DNA from: a virus | Direction: 5' to 3' (one strand) | Length of the DNA stretch: 64,000 nucleotides | IMG/VR virus record: IMGVR_UViG_3300042731_001312 | Location: 1 to 64,000 of that record | In this document: piece by piece, positions 27,480 through 39,100 of the stretch | Layout: each line of letters begins with the position of its first letter | Numbering within the stretch: position 1 is the stretch's first letter | Translations under genes and position numbers: made by a program | The notes under the pieces: model-generated | What the model was told of the DNA's origin: nothing | What the model saw: the letters and a program-made list of their open reading frames with translations, nothing else | Databases searched by the model: none

Positions 27480-29420
27480 ATGGCAACTCCATTAGTTAGA
27501 ATACCACAGCCGCAAGGTGGCACAATGTACGCTTTCGCTTCAGCAGCGAGAGATATTACTAGAGCCTTCAATAGCGCTGACATCAATTTTGAGTTTAGTA
27601 AATTCGCTTTACTAGACCTACCTGATTTTACGCAATCTGTTGACGGTGCTAATGCGATTGACTTTGAGGTAAACTTAAAGCAAGCGTCTGGTCAACCGTA
27701 CGATGCTACGATGCCGAACGTGGATTTCGCACAAACATTCCAAAATTATGCACTGAATTTAGAAGAGATTCTTCTAAAAGATGATGACTACGATCCTATC
27801 TTACTGCAATCAGATGCTGAAAAGATTTTCTTTAAGTGGTTATCCGCACTTGGTGCAATTGATTTTAGACCAACAGATTCTAATGAGAGTTCAACAGGGG
27901 CTTACGCTGAGAATGATAACGCAATCTTAGGTGGCTCGAACTACGATAAGGTAGTAAAGTATTTAGGTAGCATTGACGCTGAGAATGACGTTGCATATCA
28001 AGGTAACACATACCACGAAGTTTATATTAATGTACCGACTTCGATTGGTTATACACCGTTAGTGTTATTTAAGCCAACAGACTATAATACATCTGCAACT
28101 AAACTTTACCCAACTGATGTTAACGCACAGAATATTGAGGGTAGAGAGGGGCAGACACACCCAGATCCTAATATCAATCTAGAACCAGTAGTAGATCAAT
28201 GGACCCTAAACTCAGGACCATACTATGATATTCAAACTAACGCTACTAACTCTGTTCAAATTGATTGGGACACGGCTTCTTATGAGCCAATTCAAAATAA
28301 TCCTGAAGTAAAATCACTTTTAGATTATGCTAAAACTGGACAACAGTTCAGATTTAACGCTGTTTTAGTTTATTACGATTTATATAGCTCTTCAATTCCT
28401 GCGAATAGAGCAACTAACCTATATGGTATCTTAATTCTAGATGATATTACTGATGCTTATGGGCCAGGATCTAAGATCCATGAACAAATTAAGTTTAAGC
28501 CAAATGAAGTAACTGGATTAAACGGTAACGCATATTCATTAAAATTAAATCTTAAATTTAATTCATCTTTAGATAATGTAGGTGTTGAGACTTCGGTAAA
28601 CGATTTTACCACATTCTCAATGGACCTATTTATGGACACTTCAACTGCATTAGAGAATGCAACAGATCTATTACTACAGGCAAATAATAGATATGCTAAA
28701 GTAAGTGAAAGGCTAGACTCTTTAGAGAATATTATTTTAGGTACAGCGAGAGCTGCCCAGTTAGAGTCTAGAATCCAAGAGTTAGAAGATGACTTTACTG
28801 CAGCTTCACTGCAGCTGCAAGATTCAAAAGCATTACTTAACTTGATTAATAATGCGCATGATAAAGTTAATCAATTAATTGATGGTACAATCCCGGTTGA
28901 GTTGCAATATAATACTGATGTGATTTTCGCTGGAAAGGGTACTACGGTTGACAAATCTGTTGCTGGTAAAATTAAGGTCAATAACTCTGTTGACGGTTAT
29001 GTAGTATCTGACATTTATAGATGGGATATTGCATCACAGATTACCACTGGCGCATTAACTAACACAAACCTATTTGATAACTCATTGGCAAACCAATATG
29101 GCGTTTGGGTTAAACTAAACCCATATACAAACAGAATGAGCTTAAAGAACTTATTAAACAACGAGGTGCTAAATAGTAACCTAAATATATACATTGATGA
29201 TGCTACTAACGGCTGGACGAAAGGTCAGGTTTTTAAAGTGGCGATCGATACAATTGATGTAGACGGAAATAATATTAATATCTGGACTAATAAGCCAGGT
29301 GGTTTTGCTACTAACATTGCAACGATCGACCCATCACAGTTGATTACAAATAAACCTTACTTTGAGATCGTTTGTGTAGATTCAGCGAACTATGTATTTG
29401 AAGTAGATATTTTAAGATAA
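27480..29420 (+). CDS. Putative virion structural protein
   Basis: 646 aa in the structural module; contains a coiled coil. Confidence 0.6.
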   Translation: MATPLVRIPQPQGGTMYAFASAARDITRAFNSADINFEFSKFALLDLPDFTQSVDGANAIDFEVNLKQASGQPYDATMPNVDFAQTFQNYALNLEEILLKDDDYDPILLQSDAEKIFFKWLSALGAIDFRPTDSNESSTGAYAENDNAILGGSNYDKVVKYLGSIDAENDVAYQGNTYHEVYINVPTSIGYTPLVLFKPTDYNTSATKLYPTDVNAQNIEGREGQTHPDPNINLEPVVDQWTLNSGPYYDIQTNATNSVQIDWDTASYEPIQNNPEVKSLLDYAKTGQQFRFNAVLVYYDLYSSSIPANRATNLYGILILDDITDAYGPGSKIHEQIKFKPNEVTGLNGNAYSLKLNLKFNSSLDNVGVETSVNDFTTFSMDLFMDTSTALENATDLLLQANNRYAKVSERLDSLENIILGTARAAQLESRIQELEDDFTAASLQLQDSKALLNLINNAHDKVNQLIDGTIPVELQYNTDVIFAGKGTTVDKSVAGKIKVNNSVDGYVVSDIYRWDIASQITTGALTNTNLFDNSLANQYGVWVKLNPYTNRMSLKNLLNNEVLNSNLNIYIDDATNGWTKGQVFKVAIDTIDVDGNNINIWTNKPGGFATNIATIDPSQLITNKPYFEIVCVDSANYVFEVDILR

Positions 29421-29421
29421 T

Positions 29422-32400
29422 ATGAACACGAACAACTCTATATCTAATTCCTTAAAGAAACTGCTAGAGATTAATACCAATTCTCTTAAGACGTTTGAGC
29501 GTATTAATGAAGCAGTAACCACTAATGCTAAAGATGTCCCGTTAGAGATTTTAACTGACGAGGGGACTAAAATAGTATCTGTACCTGGGTTCGGGTATAT
29601 GAAAAGAGAACTTGAAAGATTAGACAATAATCTTAAGGCACTAACTGGATTAGGTAAGGGTAGTACTAAAGTGAAATTACCAGACGGTACTTTTCAAAAT
29701 ATTATTACAACATCACTTAAGACTCCTGCAAATGATATTACGTCTTTGGCTAGGCCTACGGCTTTTGCATCTAAACCTAACTATTTTGCAGAGGATTTCT
29801 TAAACCCAATGTTAACTACGTCGATCGACGTAAGTGGTCAGATTCCAAATGACACTGAGAGAGTCCTAGTAAAAAGAATTCTATTTGATGGTACAAATCA
29901 AGTAGCAGTAGATTTCTTTAATGATAACTATAGAAACCAAGACAATATTGATTACCTAACGGCGATCAGAGATATTGTTAATAATAATATTGCATATACT
30001 CTTGATGAAGAATTAAGAGATATGCCTTATAGAACCACACAATACACCGGTTCATTCGATGTGCTTTCTATCTCAAACTCTAAGAGAGAGGTAGTAGAGG
30101 ACGGTGTAACTGTAAAACAAGCGATTAAACTTTATACATTAGATAAGTTAACCTACTCTGATAATAATAAGGATCTAGATCAGACTGAATTACTCCGCGT
30201 TGGAGACGAACTGATGGTCACAGGTGGTTCTAAAAACACAAGATATAAAATCACTAAGCTTGATGCTTCAACTCGCCAGGTTGAGCTCAGATTAATCGAG
30301 GGATATGAAGCAATTAAGATTGGTGCAGGCTCACTGGCTATTTACAAAGCTGAAGTTAATAACTTAAACATTGAGGTTCCAGTTGGATTTGATGAGAGGG
30401 TATTAATGTTTGTAAAGGCAGTTGACCCACAGTCTAAACTACTAGCAGAAAGATGGTCTCCTGGTGTAGGCTTCTATACAAATGATTTAGAAGTACTACA
30501 AGACGATGGTAGCATTATTCTATTAGCAGATTTCTATAAAGAGAATGTTGCTGATTTTGGTAAGTTTATCATGTCTATCAAACAGGATAATATTCCACCA
30601 GCAACTGTTGGTGTAACTCCTGATGCTCCTACATTAAATGGAGACAACTTTAAAGTTGTACAAATTAATAAGCACTTAACACAAAATGATGCTGCTGATA
30701 AAATTAAAAAATTATCAACAGATAAAGCTGCTGTAGAAGAGGCTATTAAAAAACTAGACAATACTATCTCTAAAAAGAGATCTGAAATCGCTAGTAAAAA
30801 ATACGAGTCTCAAGTACAGAAAGATAAAGATAAGAATGAGCTAAATGCTCTAATTGAAGAGAGGACATCTGAGTCTAAATTGTATAACTCAATTGTAACT
30901 CAGATTCAGGCTCTATCATCATCTTCTAATGCAGCGAAGATTACTCCTAAATACAGAATTAGAGGTTTCTGGTCTGTGCCAGCACCTAAACAGGTTGCAG
31001 ATACATTGGATCAAAATGTGGTACAGTTTATTGTACAATATAGATACTTATCTACTTCAGGTAAAGCTGCCGAAGCTGCTCAACTTAAGTTTACAGATTC
31101 TGGTAGAGAGAAGGCGGCGATCTTCTCTAATTGGAATGAGATGAAAACCAAAGTTAGAGAAAGAGCTAAATCTATCGATAATAACGGTAATATCTCTAAT
31201 AAATTTACATGGCAAGATACTAAAATTGAAGACGGCCAAGAGATTAACTTTAACCAGTTAGATATTCCTATTAATCAGGGTGAATTAGTTGAAATTAGAG
31301 TTAAATCAATTTCAGAAGCAGGTTTCCCTGCTAACCCAATCTTATCAGACTGGTCTGAGTCTATTACAGTAGCATTCCCAGAAGAAGAGATCGATACCAC
31401 TGATGTTGCAGCGGTAGTTGAGGTTAATACTGCTGAGCTAGCGAAAGTTCAGATCACTGAAGAGCTAACTGCACAAGGTGTATTTACACACGTTGGAGAC
31501 GCGTTTACCGCAAATGAAAATTACTATGCTCACGTAGCTACTAATATTGCATCTGGTTTCCTTTCTCCGGAACAAAAACCAATCTCAGTCTATGATAAAA
31601 TAGCTGAGCTAGAAGCACAGATTAATGCTCTTAAATCTAATGTTGAGGCAGAAGTTGGTGAATTGGTTGTTAAAATTGTTTCCGAAGATGGAACAGTTAC
31701 CAATATTGCTAAAGATACAACTACTCAATTATTTGCTGGTTATTACGTGGATGAAGTGGCAGACTTAACTGTAAGAAAAGGCCACATTGTTACTAAGACA
31801 TTTAAATTACAATTAGAAAATAGTAAAGCTACTAAATTAGAATTAGTTTCTAGACTAATTGGAGATAGAACTAAACCGGTATATAGATCGGTTAACCAGG
31901 ACGCAACTCCTAGCCAGTATGGTTTCGGTATTCCTACTAATGACCAAAACAACTCCGGTGTAGATGTAAAAGTAGAAAGAGATAATTATTACCAAGAAGA
32001 GGGTAACTATGATTTAGTACCTATTCAGTATCAGAACGTAGATACCACCGCGTTTGATAGGTCAGCTGATGCTCCGTATCAATCAATGCAAAGAAGAGGT
32101 CAATTTATTTATAGTAGATATATGGATGTGGCTAACCAAAACCCACACTATATGACTGCTCCTATTAATCCTGTAGCAGGCACGCCTGGAATTGAAGATT
32201 ACGAGTATGATCTTTCCACAAATGGTGATTCAGAATGGCCAAACGCAGTTACTAATACAGGTTCAACTACTAATTTTGTTTGGTCTGGTGCATTTACAGA
32301 TTTAGATAATACTACAGGATGGAGTCCTGAAAAGATTAGGGTTGCGCCTCTAGCCACTGGTAGCATCTCATTAACCGAATACAATAATGGTTTATTTGTA

Positions 32401-33066
32401 CATAAAGACCACCCTTTACTAGAAAATATTTGGGATGGTGCGGCAGAATCTAATAATATGAATCTAGGTGCTATTAGAAAAGAGATGATATTCTCTATGC
32501 CTAGAACTGCAACTCAAGCTACCGGCGGTACTCTATTTAGCGTATTTGGTTATGACTTAAATACTAACCAGATTACTGCTAAACAACAGATGGCATACCA
32601 TGATGGTACTGGCCTATGGGACTCTGGTGCAGGAGCTGGTGCTGAAAGACCTCTTAAAATGTCGTTTGACGCAACTGACCAATACTTATTAGGTGGTAGA
32701 TCTTGTGGTGCATTCTTATTTATGTCACCTGTAAACCCAGACTCACTAAAAGTAAGTGGTGAAACTAAGAGATCAGCTAAAGAAATTAAAGCTAAGAAAG
32801 ATAATGAGTCAAATGCAGTCTCAGTAGATATTGTGTTCCAATACAGAATGACTGATTACTTTGGTAACGACGAGACCACAGATACTGGTAGAATTGGTGG
32901 TTTTGCGAGACTTGCGTACAATAACTTAACTTATACTAAAAAGATTGGTTTAGATATTTTTGACAAGTACGGTGAGCAATTCTCATTCGATTTAGAAGTG
33001 TTTGCCAAGTACAGTCCTAAAGGTAAGAACTTGAATTCTATTAAGGCAGCACAGTTGCTTAGATAA
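29422..33066 (+). CDS. Large putative virion structural protein
   Basis: 1214 aa; coiled coil and an FN3-like segment (VEIRVKSISEAGFP.NP..SDWS). Confidence 0.6.
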   Translation: MNTNNSISNSLKKLLEINTNSLKTFERINEAVTTNAKDVPLEILTDEGTKIVSVPGFGYMKRELERLDNNLKALTGLGKGSTKVKLPDGTFQNIITTSLKTPANDITSLARPTAFASKPNYFAEDFLNPMLTTSIDVSGQIPNDTERVLVKRILFDGTNQVAVDFFNDNYRNQDNIDYLTAIRDIVNNNIAYTLDEELRDMPYRTTQYTGSFDVLSISNSKREVVEDGVTVKQAIKLYTLDKLTYSDNNKDLDQTELLRVGDELMVTGGSKNTRYKITKLDASTRQVELRLIEGYEAIKIGAGSLAIYKAEVNNLNIEVPVGFDERVLMFVKAVDPQSKLLAERWSPGVGFYTNDLEVLQDDGSIILLADFYKENVADFGKFIMSIKQDNIPPATVGVTPDAPTLNGDNFKVVQINKHLTQNDAADKIKKLSTDKAAVEEAIKKLDNTISKKRSEIASKKYESQVQKDKDKNELNALIEERTSESKLYNSIVTQIQALSSSSNAAKITPKYRIRGFWSVPAPKQVADTLDQNVVQFIVQYRYLSTSGKAAEAAQLKFTDSGREKAAIFSNWNEMKTKVRERAKSIDNNGNISNKFTWQDTKIEDGQEINFNQLDIPINQGELVEIRVKSISEAGFPANPILSDWSESITVAFPEEEIDTTDVAAVVEVNTAELAKVQITEELTAQGVFTHVGDAFTANENYYAHVATNIASGFLSPEQKPISVYDKIAELEAQINALKSNVEAEVGELVVKIVSEDGTVTNIAKDTTTQLFAGYYVDEVADLTVRKGHIVTKTFKLQLENSKATKLELVSRLIGDRTKPVYRSVNQDATPSQYGFGIPTNDQNNSGVDVKVERDNYYQEEGNYDLVPIQYQNVDTTAFDRSADAPYQSMQRRGQFIYSRYMDVANQNPHYMTAPINPVAGTPGIEDYEYDLSTNGDSEWPNAVTNTGSTTNFVWSGAFTDLDNTTGWSPEKIRVAPLATGSISLTEYNNGLFVHKDHPLLENIWDGAAESNNMNLGAIRKEMIFSMPRTATQATGGTLFSVFGYDLNTNQITAKQQMAYHDGTGLWDSGAGAGAERPLKMSFDATDQYLLGGRSCGAFLFMSPVNPDSLKVSGETKRSAKEIKAKKDNESNAVSVDIVFQYRMTDYFGNDETTDTGRIGGFARLAYNNLTYTKKIGLDIFDKYGEQFSFDLEVFAKYSPKGKNLNSIKAAQLLR

Positions 33067-33130
33067 TGTATACGCCCAGTTTGGACGGATATATAATAGA
33101 GAAGAAATTCTCGAAATAGAATTAAAGTAA

Positions 33131-36100
33131 ATGGCCATAGTAACTAAACAATTTTCAACCTCAGGATATTCAACTGCGTGGTTAGCAGCGAACGACGCTG
33201 GAAGCGTAGGAGCTACATCTGCGCTATTTTTTGATGACGCTGATACTACAAACGGACAGTCTAGTACAACCGCAAGTTTACTAGAGGTTGGTGATGTAAT
33301 CTATAATGATAATGGTGCTGGCGGTCTAGGTACAGCATTCGAAGGTTCCGGTTTATTTTACATTAATACTAGCGATACTACTATTGTAGAAATTAATGAC
33401 TCTGGTCAAGTTTTGTCAATACAGGATGTTACTTCTATAACCTCTACGACAACTACAACTATCGGCGAAGAGCCTACTACAACAAGTACAACCTCAACAA
33501 CAACTGAGACACCAACGACAACTACGACCAGTACAACTACAACAACTAGTACAACTACAACTACTACTGACGGACCTCCAATTGCTAGTAATTTTTCTAG
33601 ATCAATGGTTAATTCTGGAAATGGCGAATCAGTTGTATTAGACTTTTCAGATCCGGCGACGGGTGGTTGGAGTGGTAATGCTGTTACTGACAATGAAGAT
33701 AGCTTCGCTGCAGATACTTTAAATATCTATATAGTCTCTGTGCCAGGTAACGGTACGATTCTAGACGATAATGATAATAATAGCAATACTCCGCTTGTTG
33801 TCAATGATGTACTATTAAACACTAGTGGCCAACCCTCAATTGAATATATTCCTAATACTAACTATTCAATCGGAGGTACTGACACTTTCCAATATAAAGT
33901 AGTAGATAGCGCTGGTAATGAAACTACGGGAACTATTTCAATCACGGTAAACGGCCCCGCAAATACAGCTCCTACTACCAGTCCGATTACAGTGGCTATT
34001 AATTCCGCTGAGAACGGAGATAGTGTATTCTTTAATATTAGAGATTATGTGTCTGATGATTCAGATGCCGTGAGTACATTAATATACTATTGGTGTGATA
34101 GTAATGGTAATAATGCAAGTCTAATTACTTCTGCTGGCACATTGCCAACTGAACTTTATGGTAATTTAGCATTAGGGACTGGACCGAACCCACAATTAAT
34201 TACATATACTTATACTGGTAGTACTTTAACACCAAATGACTCTTCGTTAACAGAGACCTTTTATTACAAGGTAGAAGATACTGAAGGTGCTACTTCTGGG
34301 GTGCAGTCTATTACTATTAATATGACGCCACCGGGTAATGTAAACCCAGTATTTAATCCAATATCTGAAACTAGACAAGTGGTGCAATACAACTCTGTTT
34401 CAGGGAATGTTGCCCAATATGCTTCGGATGCAGATGGACATGCTTTAACATATACTTATACTCAAACCTCAGGGCAGGGTAATTTTACATTGGGACAGAG
34501 TACTGGTTCGTGGACTTATAGTTCAGGTAGCTGGTCAATTGCTCCTAATACTACAGTAAACGCTGTTTTTGAAATTACTGCTGCAGATGGATTTGGAGGC
34601 ACTGCAGTCTATACGTTAACCATTCAGGTAACTGGTGTATCTTATATTTCAGTACAAAGATCTAGCTTTACTAACACATCTGATAACGCTTGTAATCAAT
34701 CTAGATCTACTACTACTTATATTAATGTATCTGAAGCTACAAGTATTAATAACTTGGCAATAGGTGATAGTCTTTATAGTACTACCGCCCTTAATGATAA
34801 AGTTTCTGCTTCTACTTCTAGCCAAGGTTGGCTTTCTATCCAACAAGACTTAGGTGGTACTACAGGGGTAGTGGTTAAATCTGTTCAGATTGATACTGAT
34901 GGTGTAATTCAAAATGTAATTAATTGTGCAGTTTCTACAGGTAACGCATGGCAGATTAAAGTATTATACTCTACAGACGTTGTAGATTTATGTAACGGCC
35001 AATATGAGGCTACATTGGTTTGGCAAAACGTAATTGATACTGGTGACGGCCCGTATGCTAGCTTAGCAGATGTCGTGGCGCAAGGCGGTCAATTATTCTC
35101 TAATGAATATTATGCGAATCAGTATTCTGGAGCAATTGCACCAGATGAAGCATGTGTACCTCCTGGATTCTACATGGATGGCCCAGCTTTCGATGCCGAA
35201 CAATATTATGAGTTTACTGCTGGCGCCTGGGATGGAAGCGCACAAGCATGTCCTCAACAAATTATGTGGACTACTGAATCAGTTACAGTATTCTATAGTC
35301 CTAATAACGAGATGGAAATCTCTGCTGCATGTAGTAGCGGAGAAGATCTAATCCAAACTACATTATGGTTTAGAATTAATACAGAACATGTAATTGAGCT
35401 TACAGACGAAGAGGCTAGGCTTAATTATATTATGCAAAACCAGGTGGTAATTTTTGATTACCAGGGTGCTGCTAGTTCTCTAGATTACAGTAAGATGCCT
35501 AGTTCTAGAGTGTATATTGCTGCGTTAGCGGATAACAATTCAACTAGTGGTTACGTACCTACTGATAAATTTGCTATTTGGACTAACGATAATTCAAGTG
35601 GTTATACTGGTAACTATAATTGGCAAGGTGTTGATGCAAACGGGACTATTATAGACGGGACTGCTTCCACGTTGTTAGCTAGCTGTAGCACTCAGTTCAC
35701 ACAACCGGATGCAAATGGAGACTTCTGTTTAGGATTAGAGGGTAATACATGCGATCCTAGTTCAAGTAACAATTCTAGAGAGAATGTATTCTATGCGTTC
35801 TACTCTTGTATAGTTAAATTTGAGAACGGAGTGCCTTATTGGCCAATGTATGTGATCGATGGTATGCATACGATCGCTCCAACCTCAACTTCATATATTA
35901 AAGAGTTTGTAGATGTACATGGTAACACACCTGTTAAAATAGGTGGTGATACCATGCTGGAATGTATGACTTTACAACACAAAATTTTTGCTGTAAATGT
36001 TGACGACGCTATTTCAATATTAGATAGCATTCCGGAATATAACGGTGATGATATTAGACCAATGTCTATTAACCCAGTTGATTTAGGGTTTACTTCTGGT

Positions 36101-39100
36101 GCCACTATCAAATATGGTTATGCCGAGTGTAACGACTGTATTTTAGGAGACCTAGCACCTAATAGTTTTACTTTAGACCTAGTTGATGATGCTGAGATTA
36201 TCAATAGATCAATACCTAATTTTGATTTAGAGAAAAATTACGAATTGGATAATGTATCTAAGCCTCTATTAAGAACAAACCCTAAGTTGTCCACTAACGC
36301 CAAGTTGGTAGTTAACTCTAGTGGTAAAATGTTCTTGGAATCAATTAACGCGACAAAAGAATTATCTTCAGTAGAATATAAAAAATGGGCTTTACAAAAA
36401 GAGGGTAAATGGTCTTATGATTTATACAACTTCTTTAAGACTAATAAGACTCCATTAGATCAGGTTTATTTACCTAAAAAGAGCTTCTCTGATTTTACAG
36501 TACATGAGTCTTTTGCTAAACAAATTGAAGAGGATTATCATTACGGAACTACCTATAATTATTCTAAATTACATGATGAAGACTTTAGAATACTGGCTCC
36601 TATTTGGTTAGATAAGCATATCCCATCTAAGTTTGTAATCTTTAGAGTAAACGACCCTGCAGCTTTAGACTTTGATAGTGCATCTAATTTTAATAATATC
36701 ACAGAGATTCTAAAGAATAGTGAAATTATTAAATCTTTTGACTTAACTAGAAAAAGCGAATTAGGTACTTATATTAGAAACCACGTACAGTCTGAGTCTT
36801 TCCCTAGAACTCCAATTAATGTTAATTTCGATAAGAATGAAAGAACTGCATTTAACGGGATTGACATGAAAAAAGGTGGCTTTACTAGCAAGGGTGAGTA
36901 TTTATACGAAGACTTTGTTAAAAAAGATCAGACTATCATTGCTGAAAATAATTTAATCACCGGAGGTTTTGAAAGAAACGCGTTAGCATGTGCTAATCTG
37001 ATTAACATGGAATTCCTGTTTAACGATGACGCGGCTAGTGATTATGCAGTTAATAGATATTTTGGTCTATATGTAAATGATATTGATTCTGGCTACGGTA
37101 GTTTAGAATCTGCAAATAATGGTCAGCTTAAATTTAAGGTATTAAACTCTTATATTAATGATGATGCTAAGTCAGCAATACCACCCTTCAGCCTGATTGA
37201 TAACACTCCAACTTTAGGGTATGCTCATATTTCAGATAACTTCTATAAAATATCGCCTAGAGTTCTATATAAACCAGAAAATCTAGAGGTTATTGTAGAG
37301 GATAGTGCTAATAAAATACCAGCTGAGGTGAAATTAGCTCCTACTGGAAGATCAATAGAGATGAGTACTAGCTCAGCGGCTGGTAATGATTTCATTAAAC
37401 TAGATGTTGTCGATACTCCTGCTGTAAACGACAGGTTAGCTATATTCCCTTCAAAGGAACAGACATACAGGATTAAGTTTAGTAGATATACTCAAAACGA
37501 CTCGTTCACTTTAGGTTTAATTGTAGACCCTAATGGAGGTTATACTTCTATTAATTTCACTCTACAAGCAGATTTGGATGATTCAATTAATCTATTGAAT
37601 TTCATCTTCAACGCACCTAGTGGTGGTAATATTGTTTTTGAAAAAGAAACGGATTCTAGTATTATCTTTTACGAGAAGAAAGGTACACTTAGGCCAATGG
37701 AGCCTATGTTGACCCCAGATGTAAATAATACTACTCTGGCTAGAATTGAAGAATTACAAGTACCTTATGACCTAGCAAATAATATGTTCTTTGCTGTAGA
37801 CCATTTACCGGCGGGCCACTTTAATGGTACTAGCTTCTCAAGCCAGGGCACTAAGTCTGAAATAGCTTCTGCTCTTGCAAAGGCTATTAATTCTATTGAT
37901 AATGGATTTACTGCAATAACGTATGATAAGGCAGAACATCTTTATATTAAAACAAATGTAATTGGCTATAAACTTTTACAGGCTGGCGTTGCTATTCCAC
38001 ATGATAATTCCAGCGATTGGTTAACTATCGATGAGGCTAATAGAGATGATGGTAATTTACTAAGATTAAATATTATAGAGAACGCCACGGTAGATCTTTT
38101 ATCTAATAGTAGTATTTACTATTTTAGTGGCGGTAATGCTGCTGGTAAATCAGTACTGGTTACTGAGGATTCTGTTAGTAATATTAATGCCGGTGATTAT
38201 ATTGAAACTAGATCTAGTGGAGTATATAATAGGGTGGTGGATATTGTTGATGATATTGAAAGATTACCTATGCAATATAAAAAGGTAATTTTAGAGAGAA
38301 TTAATACTATTGACGCTGGTGAGATTAATGTATTTGCAGATAACCTAGTTAGATTAGGCTTATTTTCAGCGTTTGATATTCATGATATGAACTTTGATTT
38401 TTATGATACATCAAACTCTGATTTAAAAGAACTTCAATGGGAAACACATGGTGAAATAAATTATGAACCTGAGGTTAATAACCTAAACGATATTTACCCA
38501 TTTGGTGATAAAGATAACACTGATTATACATTAGACCCTATTAACTATTTCACCGGATTAAGCGATGTATTAGCAGAAGAAACCGCTGATGAGTTTGATG
38601 AAGTTATTATTCAAAGTGAATACGATAGGCTACAAGAGAATAACTTGAAAGAATATGCTGTAACTTCTAGAGTAGTTCCTACAATTAACAAGTGGGTTCT
38701 AAAAGATGTCACTACTGTTAGAGAGCAGCCTTATTATTTAAACGCTAATGAGGCGTTTGGTAGATCTAATTTTGCAGCAGACTTGTCTTTCCCTAATAGA
38801 GATAGACTGGGCATGACGCACGAGTGGTTCTATATTAATAATTTACCAACACATCTAATTAAAAACCAAGGTGATAATCAAAACCCAGCGTATAGGCTAA
38901 ACGAATCATTTAGTTATATTAACTTTATGGAAGGGTTTGAAATGACGCCAGCTCTATTCAAAGATGTTAATTACAATTACTTCGATAGATTCTTTGTAAC
39001 AGAAGGGTTTGAAACTATTGGTGATAATAACTACAAGACGTTTGTAAAAACCAACAGACAGAAGAAATATACTACCGTCAACGGCGGTAATGATATGGCT

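Noticed and set aside
33066-33119. 17-aa ORF MYTPSLDG...
   Set aside because: Overlaps the GATATATA late-promoter motif and has no other support
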